Shown piece after piece: positions 16,540 through 26,577 of a stretch of DNA of 46,554 bases. The position numbers and the translations under genes are program-made. The notes beneath the pieces are model-generated. The model ran no database searches and was not told the origin of the DNA. It saw only the letters and a list, made by a program, of their open reading frames with translations. Position 1 is the first letter of the stretch. Every line of letters begins with the position of its first letter. Source of the DNA: a virus (lineage: Duplodnaviria; Caudoviricetes); the IMG/VR virus record IMGVR_UViG_3300020045_006090, positions 1-46,554 of that record. One strand, written 5' to 3'.

Positions 16540-17625
16540 TTAAAATGTTGTTGCTACGCGAGCGCCCGCATTATCGACACCGACTTTCCACAAACCACCA
16601 TCCGGGGCTTTGAAAACAATACCGTCGCCAAAATAAGAAACGCCTGTTTTTGCATCAAACGCATAAGATCTGGTAATTGTAGCATTGGCCCCGGCAATCG
16701 GTGCGCCATCTACAGATAAAGTTGCAGCCTTTGCAATTGTTGATGTTCCCGAGAAAGCATGCGTCATTGGTGAAATACGGATATCACGCTGTTCCGTAAT
16801 GTTGCCTGTCGCGTGAGTGTTCGTCTGACCGAAGTTTATAAACATCTGAGTAAATTCAGTTGATGCAGTAAGTCCAGTATTTGCCGCGCCTGAAAAATTG
16901 TAACGAACAAAACCAGCTGATCCATCTATGCCAGCAGTAAAAGTATGAGAAACGTTTGTAGTTATAAGACGATCATTGCTTCCGATCCTGAAAACGCATT
17001 GATTGTTGGAAAGAAGTCTAGCCGCGCCGCTTCCCTTAGAAGAAAAATCAGCACCACAATTTGATGAAGGGCTAATTGCATACATCAGTGAAGGGCTGCT
17101 TGTGCCAGGAACAATTGCGAACCCGGTGTTTCCTCCAGAGGCTGAGCAATCAATAATAAGGGCGGGGTTTGTTGTGCCGTTTCTTCCGACAACAAAACCA
17201 TTGAATACGGTAGGGCTTACGATCATTGAACCGTCGTCAAGAATTCGGACTGTGCTGTCCTTTATCGTTTGTCCGTTTGCGCCATATCTTGCGACATTAT
17301 TTTCTGTCGATGTGACAGGCCCGGTAACATTTCCCGTTGCGACCGATGTTGCTGTCAAGGCTCCGCCTGTAACCGCCAAACCACTTCCTATAGTAATCGG
17401 AATAAAAGCCCCTGATGTCGTGCTGTAATAAAGCAAAGAATTTGCGCCGGGTGTTCCGATATTGCAAGAATCGAGCAACAGTTTTGACGGGCTCCAAGTT
17501 TTCATTCTCGTTGGAATGCCGCCATCTAAAGGCGCGACAAAGCTTCCGTCCGGGCTAAAGTAAGTAAAAACGTCAGTTGGAAGCAACACGCTCAATTTTT
17601 CGAAGCCATTAAAATCTTCAGACAT
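16540..17625 (-). CDS. Tail fibre protein
   Basis: Gly/Thr/Ser-rich beta sequence; GNVTGPVTSTENNVARY fibre motif; C-terminal FKAPDGGLWKVGVDNAG. Confidence 0.7.
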   Translation of the reverse strand: MSEDFNGFEKLSVLLPTDVFTYFSPDGSFVAPLDGGIPTRMKTWSPSKLLLDSCNIGTPGANSLLYYSTTSGAFIPITIGSGLAVTGGALTATSVATGNVTGPVTSTENNVARYGANGQTIKDSTVRILDDGSMIVSPTVFNGFVVGRNGTTNPALIIDCSASGGNTGFAIVPGTSSPSLMYAISPSSNCGADFSSKGSGAARLLSNNQCVFRIGSNDRLITTNVSHTFTAGIDGSAGFVRYNFSGAANTGLTASTEFTQMFINFGQTNTHATGNITEQRDIRISPMTHAFSGTSTIAKAATLSVDGAPIAGANATITRSYAFDAKTGVSYFGDGIVFKAPDGGLWKVGVDNAGARVATTF

Positions 17626-17633
17626 AAATTCTC

Positions 17634-19862
17634 CTATGGGATGATTGTTTCAAAAATTCTCTTTGAAGGCCAAATAGCCATGACAATAGATTTTGCCCCG
17701 TCTGATGTCCTTGTCGCGGTAACTTCTACGCTCATTTGAGCAGATTGATCGCTTGTAAGTCTATAAAGATCAATCGTATTAGATGTTAATGCCGGGATAG
17801 AAAATGACGGGTCATTAATATTATCAGCAATTGGCAAGCCGTTTATATAGCGTCGATAGCTGTATGTAATTCCGGGTTGAGGCGTCGTAAGACAAGTAAC
17901 CGTCACGCCATCTTGAGGATTTACGTCCATAGTCGGTCGAACGGCAAGCCTTGGACCTTCATTTGTTTGATAGAAATTCTCTGTCGTGTCAATCGCATTA
18001 CTATCCCAAAATTGGGTCATTGTGCATGTGCCTGTCGGGGCTGATGGCGTCCCTGGCATTGTCCATTGGAATTGAGTTTCGTTGATCGCGTTGCCAGACC
18101 AAACACCGTTATATTCGCTCTGCGCTTGACCTGAAATTGTGATGCGGGCTTTTCTTAAATTGTGAAATCCGCTTGATGTCGTAAATGTTGCTATATTTCC
18201 TGCAAGCGTGATTGTCCCGGTTTTTGTATTATTTGCAACGACAGAACCTTGACCGACAATCTCAGGGGCTTGCAATACACAATTTATCCCGAGGTTATAT
18301 TTAACCGCGCCTGTGTTTCTTTCGCTGCATCTATAAAGGGTATAGGCATTGATAATTGTATTGCCGAAATCATAGCCATCGCCACGATACCAAGTATAAT
18401 TTGTTTTCGGGAATCCGCCTCGATACAGACCGCGTGAAGTATCGAAGAAAGTATTGTGATGATTTTTCACGTTGTAGGAAATGAAATCGGCACTTTGTCC
18501 TACACCAAAGGTTGCTTGCCCGGCAAGGTTTGCTTTGTAGCCGTAATTATTTCTAACCGTCATAAAACGGCCCATTGATGTCACGTTAAAGAAAGCTAGA
18601 TTTCCGCAACAGAAATTGTTTTCAACGACGCAATTATTTACGCCCTCCATAACAATATTACCTTTGCCGCTATCCGTAGCTTCACTATGGCGGCAAATAT
18701 TGTCAGAAATTATGACGTTATTGTTTGTTTGGCTTAAATTATTTTCATCAGTAAATTCGATATGATCTCCGGCAGCACCGTTTCTTGGACCCCAATCATT
18801 GAATTTTGATTCGAAATTATTGCAAGCAGTACCATAAAGGCTGTCGCCAATCACCGCGCCTGATGTAGCGCACCATCTAACTTTATTTCCTGTTCCGCCA
18901 AAGAAATAAAAGCCTTGACCATTTGCGCCGCCAGCAGGATTTGACATCACCCTGACGCGCTTGAATGTAACGCTGTTAGTATTTAGCATAGATATTCCGC
19001 GTGATGTGCTTGTTCCGCCGTAAATATCAAAATCTGATACGACGACGTTGGTAATTCCTGATGCGGCCCGGACCATAGCGGCGGCGGCTGTGACGTTCAA
19101 TTTAACAGGTGGCAAAGACGGATCGCCATATGCGCCAAATTGCGCTTGCGTACTTCCGTTTGATAATCCGGGAATGTAAATTTGAGATTCGTTTAAAACT
19201 GTCCCTCGCTTAACTCTTGTTCTAAGCGCAAAGCCTGTTGATGATTGTAATGATGCCAATGTCTTTTTTGGCAAATGTGGTTGCCATCCTGAATTTGCAT
19301 CGTCGCCGTTATCAGGGTCAAGAAACCCGGTTCTTTGATCATATACCGCACCAGAATTATTTGGCCTAACCTGAATGGTAAAGGGGAAAGTTCCTAAATC
19401 TGAAACGACAAGATTGACGCTTTTGACTTGCTCAGTGTTCCAAGTGGAATTGTCTGTCAGTGTAATAACGCCTGAGCTGCTTACCGATAATCCAGCTGCG
19501 CCGGATCCTGTCAAAGAAAATGTTCTGCCTGATGCCGGGCCAATAAGCGTACCAAGCACATAGCCGTTTGGCGTCGTTGTGCCGACATACATGTCATTAA
19601 AATGGTCCCATTTATCGTTTACTTCTGGATCCGCGTAATTTTCGGCAGTTAGAGGAACATCAAAATCAAGCTGCTCTAAGCTTTCGGTATTCATCCAGCG
19701 ATTGTAGAAAGATTGAACCATCGGAAAAATAGTAAAGCCAGCGTCCGGGTCGCTTAAAGGCTCGCCGCTATCAGGGTCGAGCAAATTGTTTTTAGAGTCA
19801 GGATCAACAAGATATCCTAAAGCTGTTGTACTAAACAAAAAAGGATATAGAAAAAAACTCAT
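17634..19862 (-). CDS. Right-handed beta-helix receptor-binding protein / putative depolymerase
   Basis: FLDPDNGDDANSG...PKKTL entry motif; Asn-ladder repeats (NNVIISDNIC, NCVVENNFC); Ig-like flanks. Confidence 0.75.
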   Translation of the reverse strand: MSFFLYPFLFSTTALGYLVDPDSKNNLLDPDSGEPLSDPDAGFTIFPMVQSFYNRWMNTESLEQLDFDVPLTAENYADPEVNDKWDHFNDMYVGTTTPNGYVLGTLIGPASGRTFSLTGSGAAGLSVSSSGVITLTDNSTWNTEQVKSVNLVVSDLGTFPFTIQVRPNNSGAVYDQRTGFLDPDNGDDANSGWQPHLPKKTLASLQSSTGFALRTRVKRGTVLNESQIYIPGLSNGSTQAQFGAYGDPSLPPVKLNVTAAAAMVRAASGITNVVVSDFDIYGGTSTSRGISMLNTNSVTFKRVRVMSNPAGGANGQGFYFFGGTGNKVRWCATSGAVIGDSLYGTACNNFESKFNDWGPRNGAAGDHIEFTDENNLSQTNNNVIISDNICRHSEATDSGKGNIVMEGVNNCVVENNFCCGNLAFFNVTSMGRFMTVRNNYGYKANLAGQATFGVGQSADFISYNVKNHHNTFFDTSRGLYRGGFPKTNYTWYRGDGYDFGNTIINAYTLYRCSERNTGAVKYNLGINCVLQAPEIVGQGSVVANNTKTGTITLAGNIATFTTSSGFHNLRKARITISGQAQSEYNGVWSGNAINETQFQWTMPGTPSAPTGTCTMTQFWDSNAIDTTENFYQTNEGPRLAVRPTMDVNPQDGVTVTCLTTPQPGITYSYRRYINGLPIADNINDPSFSIPALTSNTIDLYRLTSDQSAQMSVEVTATRTSDGAKSIVMAIWPSKRIFETIIP

Positions 19863-20932
19863 GATTGACGCCCTATGAGATAAATTACCAATCCAACGCC
19901 GGGAACAAGAGAACCAACTTGATCAATATCAATCGTGATTTCGCTATCGCTCGAAAGCGTTGTATCAGATAAAACAGCCGGGACAGCAGCGGTTACGCTA
20001 GATTTTTCGCTTATATCGATTGAAAGCCTTGTTGAAAATATCGATGCGCCATTTTCATTTATATCAACAATGATTGTCGATCCTGTTGAAGCCGTTTTAA
20101 CACTAGCCCGAGGCAATTCGGTCAAAGTGAAATTATAAGGCATTCTAAAAGTAAGCTTTCCTGCCCCTGCTGTCAGGTTTGATGTCTGATCAGATACAGC
20201 TATCATCATGCTTTCTTTTACCAAAAGCCCAGATCCGACGGCATTGCCTGGCACAACGTAATCCGTACCGGCTACAGCTTGCGAGGTAACACCCGCGCCA
20301 TTAGCCTTTATGATACCGTTGATTGTTCCCGCGCCGCCCTGTGCCGATGATACGCCGCCTGATAGGTCGGAAAATGCGGGCTGGTCCCAAACGGGCGCGG
20401 CTGATGCGCTTCCGGTTCCTGTCTGTCTCAACCATCTTTTTGATGCGACGGTATTTCCTGCAAGCTTTGAAAGAACATTTGTCGCTGATGCGTAAAGAAT
20501 ATCACCAAGGGTATATGTCGTGATGCCCGTCCCGCCTGATGTCGGTGCTGATGTAGATCCAAAGGCCACCCAGTATGCCGGATCGGTCGGCAAGGCTGTA
20601 TTTGAATTTGTCAATGATCGATAAACAACGTCATTATATCGGACAATAGCATTTATTTCATAAGGGAAATCTACGCCATTGTTATCAGCAGCCGCAATCC
20701 AATCAGGCGTACCGCGAATTTGTAAAATTCTTATATTTTCCATGATAACGCTAAAGAGGTAATTCATCTTTGAGCGTTCAATTTTTTTAGTATCGGGATC
20801 AGTTGTCGGCAAAGAATACTTGTCGCCATATCCTTGTTCGTAAGATACCGCACCATCTGATTGCGTTGCTTCAGGGATGGTTACTTTTGTTCCGACAGAG
20901 GCGAAAGGTATGCGAAAAAATTTTTGTGCCAT
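19859..20932 (-). CDS. Tail fibre protein 2
   Basis: N-terminal FFRIPFA...VSYEQGYGDKY anchor; CBM-like YEINAIVRYNDVVYRSL; GGTG fibre repeats. Confidence 0.8.
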   Translation of the reverse strand: MAQKFFRIPFASVGTKVTIPEATQSDGAVSYEQGYGDKYSLPTTDPDTKKIERSKMNYLFSVIMENIRILQIRGTPDWIAAADNNGVDFPYEINAIVRYNDVVYRSLTNSNTALPTDPAYWVAFGSTSAPTSGGTGITTYTLGDILYASATNVLSKLAGNTVASKRWLRQTGTGSASAAPVWDQPAFSDLSGGVSSAQGGAGTINGIIKANGAGVTSQAVAGTDYVVPGNAVGSGLLVKESMMIAVSDQTSNLTAGAGKLTFRMPYNFTLTELPRASVKTASTGSTIIVDINENGASIFSTRLSIDISEKSSVTAAVPAVLSDTTLSSDSEITIDIDQVGSLVPGVGLVIYLIGRQS

Positions 20933-20944
20933 GTTTTAAAATCC

Positions 20945-22015
20945 TTAAAGCTTGATGATGTAATTGCAAACCAAAGATGGCTGCACATTGTTATGAGGTG
21001 TTCCACTACCTGAATTGCCAACGGTCCCGGTAAAATCATGAACATGCTCCCCGGCTGTTTGCGTCTGAACGATAAGACCGACCTGTGCTGTAGGTGCGTT
21101 GATACCGCCAGAGACATTACCGCCTCCGTTTTCATTCACATATCCATGACTGTGATTTCCCGCTGGAAGAATTGCCAATGTACCCGGACCGTGCGTATGA
21201 GTACCATTTTCAGCGTCAATGTTTGCATGAGATTGTTCTCCGCCAGAAGCGCCAAGGACAGAACCGTTGATGCCCTGAGGTGTGTCGGCTGTCAATCTAT
21301 TTGCAGCGGTTCCGCCTATATCATCTTTTCCAACAGAACCGCGACCGCGTTTATCAGGAACAGGGAGCCTTTTATTTGCCGCCCAATCAGCCGCCGCGCT
21401 TATTCCACGAACCGATGCCGCGCCTGTTGAAGATTGAATTGGAAGAACGGCATTCGATTGGCTTGACCAAAGGCTAACAAAAAGATTGTAGACATCTAGG
21501 TTAGCTCTATTTGTCGCGCCTGATGATGGCGAGCCAATCGTTTTACCGTCGGCCCATATCCACCCGCCATCAGGAATATTTAATAGGTGATAATCCATGC
21601 CTGATCCGGTTGGGATTCCTGAAACAGGACGGACCCGACGCCATTTAGTTTCGTCTGAAGGCAATGATGTATTTGCGTCTACAAGGCTTTCATATACATC
21701 TGCGCCCGCACCATCATCCCAGCGAACATACGAATGGATATCATAATCAAAAGGTGTCCCGCCATTTGCGGCTGTTGTAATAAAGTCTGGATAGCCATGG
21801 CGCTGCCAAAGGCCAATGTTTTCTGTTACATCAAAATAAAGCTGGTTCGATTGATCGCGTGGAACATCTTTTGCAAGCGGGTCTGATGTCTGATCTCTTT
21901 CGTAATCAAATCCAAATCCTTCTTCATATGAAACCTCACCGGATGGCTGTAAAGCTTCTGGAATTGCCGATTTATCACCGCTAATTGCAAAAGGCGTTTT
22001 AAAAAACTTAGGCAT
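20945..22015 (-). CDS. Tail fibre protein 1 with collar domain
   Basis: N-terminal FFKTPFA...VSYEEGFGFDY anchor; collar (IPTGS...GWIWADG...PDKRGR); HxH repeats; PHNNVQPSLVCNYIIKL. Confidence 0.88.
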   Translation of the reverse strand: MPKFFKTPFAISGDKSAIPEALQPSGEVSYEEGFGFDYERDQTSDPLAKDVPRDQSNQLYFDVTENIGLWQRHGYPDFITTAANGGTPFDYDIHSYVRWDDGAGADVYESLVDANTSLPSDETKWRRVRPVSGIPTGSGMDYHLLNIPDGGWIWADGKTIGSPSSGATNRANLDVYNLFVSLWSSQSNAVLPIQSSTGAASVRGISAAADWAANKRLPVPDKRGRGSVGKDDIGGTAANRLTADTPQGINGSVLGASGGEQSHANIDAENGTHTHGPGTLAILPAGNHSHGYVNENGGGNVSGGINAPTAQVGLIVQTQTAGEHVHDFTGTVGNSGSGTPHNNVQPSLVCNYIIKL

Positions 22016-22674
22016 TAACTTTCTCCAAAATTACCGTTGTCAAAGTTTTCGCGGAAAGGTTCAAAGCCCCAATATTGGATAAGCTCGACCACAGAATCGA
22101 CAGCAACACCAGCTGGTCGAGGCAGAATATCATACCTTTCTAACACGAACAGCAGTTGCGAACTAGGCTGAAATCCAAAAACGTAGGTCATAGTCATGTC
22201 AAGATTATCGCGCACATAGATCGGGCCAAGGTCTTTAAACAACAATTTCAAGAACCTATTGATTTCAGGAACCGTGCCGCGACTGGTAATTTGAAAGTAG
22301 CGAAGCCTTAAAACAGTTCTTGATTGTTCAACAGTTAATGATAAAGCCCCGCCCCGGCTTCTTGAAAAGTTACCATTTTCAAAATTCTTGTTAAATTCGC
22401 CATATCCCCATGTTGGCTTGTCGGGGGCTGATGGTCCAACTTGAACGGTGATCGGAATATCAAGAATGATCGCCCAAACTGAAAGCCCAAAAGCGTTTGC
22501 GGTCTTGAGATTAAATACATCGTTGTACCAATTTGACCAAAATTCAGTCTGGTTTTTAATATACCATTCGTTTTTAAGCTCTAATAATTTTTGCAAGTTC
22601 TCAGCGTCGTTGTATTGCCACAACAATGCTTTCATTAAATCGACGCTATAATCAAATTCTTGAATTCTGCTCAT
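22015..22674 (-). CDS. Baseplate wedge protein (DUF2612)
   Basis: LLWQYNDAENL...TANAFGLSVWAIILD...ILPRPAGV; follows baseplate J. Confidence 0.85.
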   Translation of the reverse strand: MSRIQEFDYSVDLMKALLWQYNDAENLQKLLELKNEWYIKNQTEFWSNWYNDVFNLKTANAFGLSVWAIILDIPITVQVGPSAPDKPTWGYGEFNKNFENGNFSRSRGGALSLTVEQSRTVLRLRYFQITSRGTVPEINRFLKLLFKDLGPIYVRDNLDMTMTYVFGFQPSSQLLFVLERYDILPRPAGVAVDSVVELIQYWGFEPFRENFDNGNFGES

Positions 22675-23865
22675 TTAAACCACGTTTACAGTTATTGAAG
22701 ATCCTGTAATTTTAGCAATCTCGAATATCTTTATCGGGATTTCTTCATTAGAAAATGTCCCGCCGGACTTTTTAATTTGTAAATCTTGAACATAAATTCC
22801 AGGCGCATATCTGTTTATTGCCCCCGAAAATTCAAAGGCTGATACAGAAGCTCCGACGACAAGACCGCGCTCGCCATCAAGCTCGCCATTAGCGTATTGT
22901 AATATTGCATTTCTTACAGCGGATTGGGGATCTATCAGTGATGTATTTACTTTAACTGTCACCTCGGCAAATATATCAATCACGGTAGGGCGGGAAAATT
23001 TTACCGCATAAGATTGACCGCTTGCGGGCTCTACAACATTGACAGTAACGCCGCCATTCCAATTTGCCCCTGCGCTTTTATTCTCAAGCAAAGAGGCCGC
23101 TATATCTTGGTCTGTGCCGCCATCTACGCAAGCATAAACGGAATGTGCAACCATTGAGACTTCATCGATTGTTTGAGTGCTATCAGTGACGTTTTCACGG
23201 AAAGTAAGGCTTCTTACTTCAGGCACTTTATACAAATCTGATATTTGCGCTTCGACTAGAGAAATCCCTTGCCCGGCTAAAGTCAATTTTCTCAATGCCC
23301 GATAACTTTGATCGGATTGAACAAGCTGTCCAACGATGGCGGATTGAGGATTACTAACCGTTTCCCAACCAAGGATAGCATCGACGATCTGATTAAGGGC
23401 TTCTATCGGTGCCGGGATAGGCCCAAATTCAACAGATTGAAAAGTGACTTGAGCTGTTCCACCAACGCCAATTAAAACTGCGTCAGTTGTTTCGAAAATA
23501 TCTTCGGCTGAAGTTTTTGCCCTTGAGCCTTGCGGAATTATAGTGCCGGAAACGCCTTCAACATCAGCAAGTACATATGACCTTGTGGCTTTATCTCTTT
23601 CAAATTCTGTTAGACCGCCGATTGCATCTAAAAATACACCGCCAGCAATATCGGGATTTATTTGATTTGCGAGGGCGGCATTATTTCTAATGACCGAATC
23701 CCGCGCTAAAACTTCCGCCGTTATTAAAACACCTTGAGGCGTCGAAGGATCGACAATTAAATCAGCACCGAAAGCGGCACGGAATTCTTCTTGAACCTCG
23801 GTTAAAAGATCCGATGTATCAGGCAATATAACTCCCGAATTATTCAGATATTCGTAATCAGCCAT
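22675..23865 (-). CDS. Baseplate J/gp47-like protein
   Basis: PSTPQGVLI, NQINPDIAGGVFLD, HSVYACVDGG, VKFSRP. Confidence 0.9.
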   Translation of the reverse strand: MADYEYLNNSGVILPDTSDLLTEVQEEFRAAFGADLIVDPSTPQGVLITAEVLARDSVIRNNAALANQINPDIAGGVFLDAIGGLTEFERDKATRSYVLADVEGVSGTIIPQGSRAKTSAEDIFETTDAVLIGVGGTAQVTFQSVEFGPIPAPIEALNQIVDAILGWETVSNPQSAIVGQLVQSDQSYRALRKLTLAGQGISLVEAQISDLYKVPEVRSLTFRENVTDSTQTIDEVSMVAHSVYACVDGGTDQDIAASLLENKSAGANWNGGVTVNVVEPASGQSYAVKFSRPTVIDIFAEVTVKVNTSLIDPQSAVRNAILQYANGELDGERGLVVGASVSAFEFSGAINRYAPGIYVQDLQIKKSGGTFSNEEIPIKIFEIAKITGSSITVNVV

Positions 23866-24205
23866 TTAATTGTGCCCTTCCAAAAGTTGTCAAAATGGTT
23901 GCCGAATAAGATATTTTGTTGTCAGAAACCTTTGAATTGAATTCTGATACCTCAAGGACATTTGTAACAGATTGGAGCGCCCGTCGTACATAGGCTTCAA
24001 ATTGAGCTACGTTTGCAGCATCGCGCCAAATTGTCTGAAAGTTAGGCACTCCCTGATCGATTGAAAGAACCATTTCTCCCAATTGCGCTTGAGCCGCTTG
24101 TTGGCATGCCTGCAAAACGGCGGAAAGGTCTGAGCTGATTGAAAGCTGTCCGTCAGGTGATATAAAAATATCGTTATTTGGATTCGTTGAAAAAGATTTT
24201 GTCAT
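23858..24205 (-). CDS. Baseplate wedge / sheath initiator (gp25-like)
   Basis: LGEMVLSIDQGVP; synteny between spike and J. Confidence 0.75.
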   Translation of the reverse strand: MTKSFSTNPNNDIFISPDGQLSISSDLSAVLQACQQAAQAQLGEMVLSIDQGVPNFQTIWRDAANVAQFEAYVRRALQSVTNVLEVSEFNSKVSDNKISYSATILTTFGRAQLNG

Positions 24206-24912
24206 GAATTCGGCTCCGCTGTATTTCCTGCGCCTGTCTGAACGCCGCCGTGGGTATGAGTTACTAAAGAAATATCCTGGGCGATCACATCACCCGTTGT
24301 GATGATGTTCCCTATTCCGGTTATTGTATCTTCATATTCAGGGTTTGTTCCCCAAATTATAGCCCCGGTAAATTCTGTAAGCGGGGCATCTACAATGACC
24401 CTTTGATCTGATGTAATCTTGACCTTATCAGGCCATATTGCAATTCTTTGTGTGCCATCAAGCGTTTGCAATACGACATTTTCTGCATCTTCATCATTAA
24501 TTACAAAATCGCGCATTATTTGCGGAAAGAAAACGCCATCCTCAAAACTCTTTTTTCTCATGGTGTTAGGCGGCGATTCTTTCATCGATTGCATGAAAAG
24601 AGAAATGTCGCGGTCATTGGCTTTTATCCAACCAAAGTCGCCTTTTTTAATGGGAAAATTTAACATGAAATTTCCGCCTCCTATCTGAAAGACAGGGACC
24701 GACGCAATTTGCGCCCGGCTTATTTGCTGCTTTTCAGTTGTCACAACCATAATCAAAGGCTGGACTTGCGCCCGATTGCTATCTCGATCATAGGCAACGA
24801 CCAAAGCGGGCAGCATATCATCAACATTTTGAAGCATTTTATTCAGGACAGAACGAAAAACACCCATCAAGGTGCCATTGTCTGCCGGGTCTAGTGATGG
24901 TTTATCGACCAT
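24202..24912 (-). CDS. Baseplate central spike (Gp138-like)
   Basis: OB-fold RAQVQPLI...FPIKKGDFG; C-terminal ISLVTHTHGGV iron-binding tip. Confidence 0.9.
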   Translation of the reverse strand: MVDKPSLDPADNGTLMGVFRSVLNKMLQNVDDMLPALVVAYDRDSNRAQVQPLIMVVTTEKQQISRAQIASVPVFQIGGGNFMLNFPIKKGDFGWIKANDRDISLFMQSMKESPPNTMRKKSFEDGVFFPQIMRDFVINDEDAENVVLQTLDGTQRIAIWPDKVKITSDQRVIVDAPLTEFTGAIIWGTNPEYEDTITGIGNIITTGDVIAQDISLVTHTHGGVQTGAGNTAEPNS

Positions 24913-25733
24913 TATTCATACCTTGTACATTCAGCGATCCAATAAAAAGGCACATCGCGGCTTGCAATATTAAAAGATAATTTATAAATAACATAAATCC
25001 CGTTGGCGGCTGGATTTATTTTACTTGTAACCTCAAGGCCGCTACCAAGCGTTGTTTGGTTATCGATAAAAAAAGTAACCTTTAATCCCTGTTCATCTAG
25101 ATCGGGAATTCCAATCATCCCGGTATCTAAATTTAGAATTCGGGTTTTTCCGGTAAGCGGGACATTGGTATCTTTTACAATCAGCGTGTTATCGTCTACA
25201 TAAGCATTTACAAGGCCGCTTTCGCCCAGCTTATCAACCTGTTTTAAAGCGGCTCCCGTATAGGAATAATTTGCAATATTCTTATCTGTGGCCTGAAAAT
25301 CTAAAGTAAGGCCGTTATCCTCGGCGACCTGTTTTGCAATGCGACGCAAGGCCATTTGAGAAGGTTGATTTCTTGCCAGGATCTTACCCTTAAGGCTTGC
25401 CCCGGTTTGGGCCTCGATGGTCAATGTTATATCCGGCGGCTGTGAGGGCTTTGCTTTTGTAATGTCGCCAATGTAAATCTGCGTATAGCCATACGATTTC
25501 CGGCCAGCCTCAATGATCAAGCGTTTTGGGCTTCTGTTTTTATTAAAGGGCGATGTTTCCGTTAAAATATAATCGCAGGTTTTTTTATCTAAATTTGCAA
25601 TTGTTACGGTAGCGCAATTCTGATTTGCGTTTGCGAATTTGGTCCCTGTGGCTGTAATAGCAAGACCTTCATAATATTTTATTTGTCCATCAATCTCGAT
25701 ACCAATGCGAACAATGCGATCATCTAATGCCAT
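24912..25733 (-). CDS. Baseplate hub protein
   Basis: TIANL, IEAGR...IYIGDI, TGMIGIP motifs; synteny. Confidence 0.82.
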   Translation of the reverse strand: MALDDRIVRIGIEIDGQIKYYEGLAITATGTKFANANQNCATVTIANLDKKTCDYILTETSPFNKNRSPKRLIIEAGRKSYGYTQIYIGDITKAKPSQPPDITLTIEAQTGASLKGKILARNQPSQMALRRIAKQVAEDNGLTLDFQATDKNIANYSYTGAALKQVDKLGESGLVNAYVDDNTLIVKDTNVPLTGKTRILNLDTGMIGIPDLDEQGLKVTFFIDNQTTLGSGLEVTSKINPAANGIYVIYKLSFNIASRDVPFYWIAECTRYE

Positions 25734-26044
25734 TATTCCGCCCTTAGTTCTGAAAGTTCCATCGTGGTAAAATAGTAAAGGAATTGGGAATCGTTGAAAT
25801 TTGTATAATAAGGAATTTCATCATTCTCGGTAAGGATTACGAAATTTCCGTTTTCTAAATATTGATAAGGAATGATACCGCGCCCGGCGACGATGCGCTG
25901 TCCTGATATGATCGGCACATTATTCCTGATAATATCCATCACCATTATTCCACGCGCTTCCTTGATCGTGAAATTATACCGCGCATTTTCTAAACGGGCG
26001 GAAAAAGATTGATTTGAAAGCTGTGCAATGGGTACGTTGATCAA
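25733..26044 (-). CDS. Baseplate plug-like small virion protein
   Basis: MINVPIAQLSNQSFSARL; synteny. Confidence 0.7.
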   Translation of the reverse strand: MINVPIAQLSNQSFSARLENARYNFTIKEARGIMVMDIIRNNVPIISGQRIVAGRGIIPYQYLENGNFVILTENDEIPYYTNFNDSQFLYYFTTMELSELRAE

Positions 26045-26577
26045 TCGAAAAATGTCCTATATAAAACGCTGCCTTTAGGCTGTTGAGTTTTGCCTTGCTG
26101 TTCGCCCCTGTCAACCGTCGATGTTTGTGTTTTATTTGCGACTTTGCGGGCTGGAAGCTTACCGTATTGAGCCTCTACAATAACAACTTCTTGCATCTTA
26201 ATGGCGACCGCAATCGCATTAAACATTGATTGATCTTCATCATGCGGCATTTCTGAAATAATTAGATTTGTATATGTCGAAGCTTTTGTTTGCATCGTAA
26301 GAATTGCGGCATCGAGAAATAGTTGAGCAATCTGTTGATAAGTGCTTCTGAAATCCTCCGCTTGCAAGACAACGGAAAGTTGAATTTTGATAGGATCTAT
26401 AACCCTGTGATCCGTGATCTGCTCACCTGTTTCGACGGGGTGTTGCATAACTGTCGCGGTCTTTGTCACGGCAACTTTAAAAGGCCGTGCGCGTGGAAAT
26501 ACCTGATTGAAATTTTCATCAAATACGGCTACGGCATCGGCTGAGGCTACGGGAACTGCGGCGTCCAATAATGGCAT
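26041..26577 (-). CDS. Dit-like baseplate / tube initiator protein
   Basis: HPVETGEQITDHRVIDP motif; follows the tape measure. Confidence 0.8.
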   Translation of the reverse strand: MPLLDAAVPVASADAVAVFDENFNQVFPRARPFKVAVTKTATVMQHPVETGEQITDHRVIDPIKIQLSVVLQAEDFRSTYQQIAQLFLDAAILTMQTKASTYTNLIISEMPHDEDQSMFNAIAVAIKMQEVVIVEAQYGKLPARKVANKTQTSTVDRGEQQGKTQQPKGSVLYRTFFD

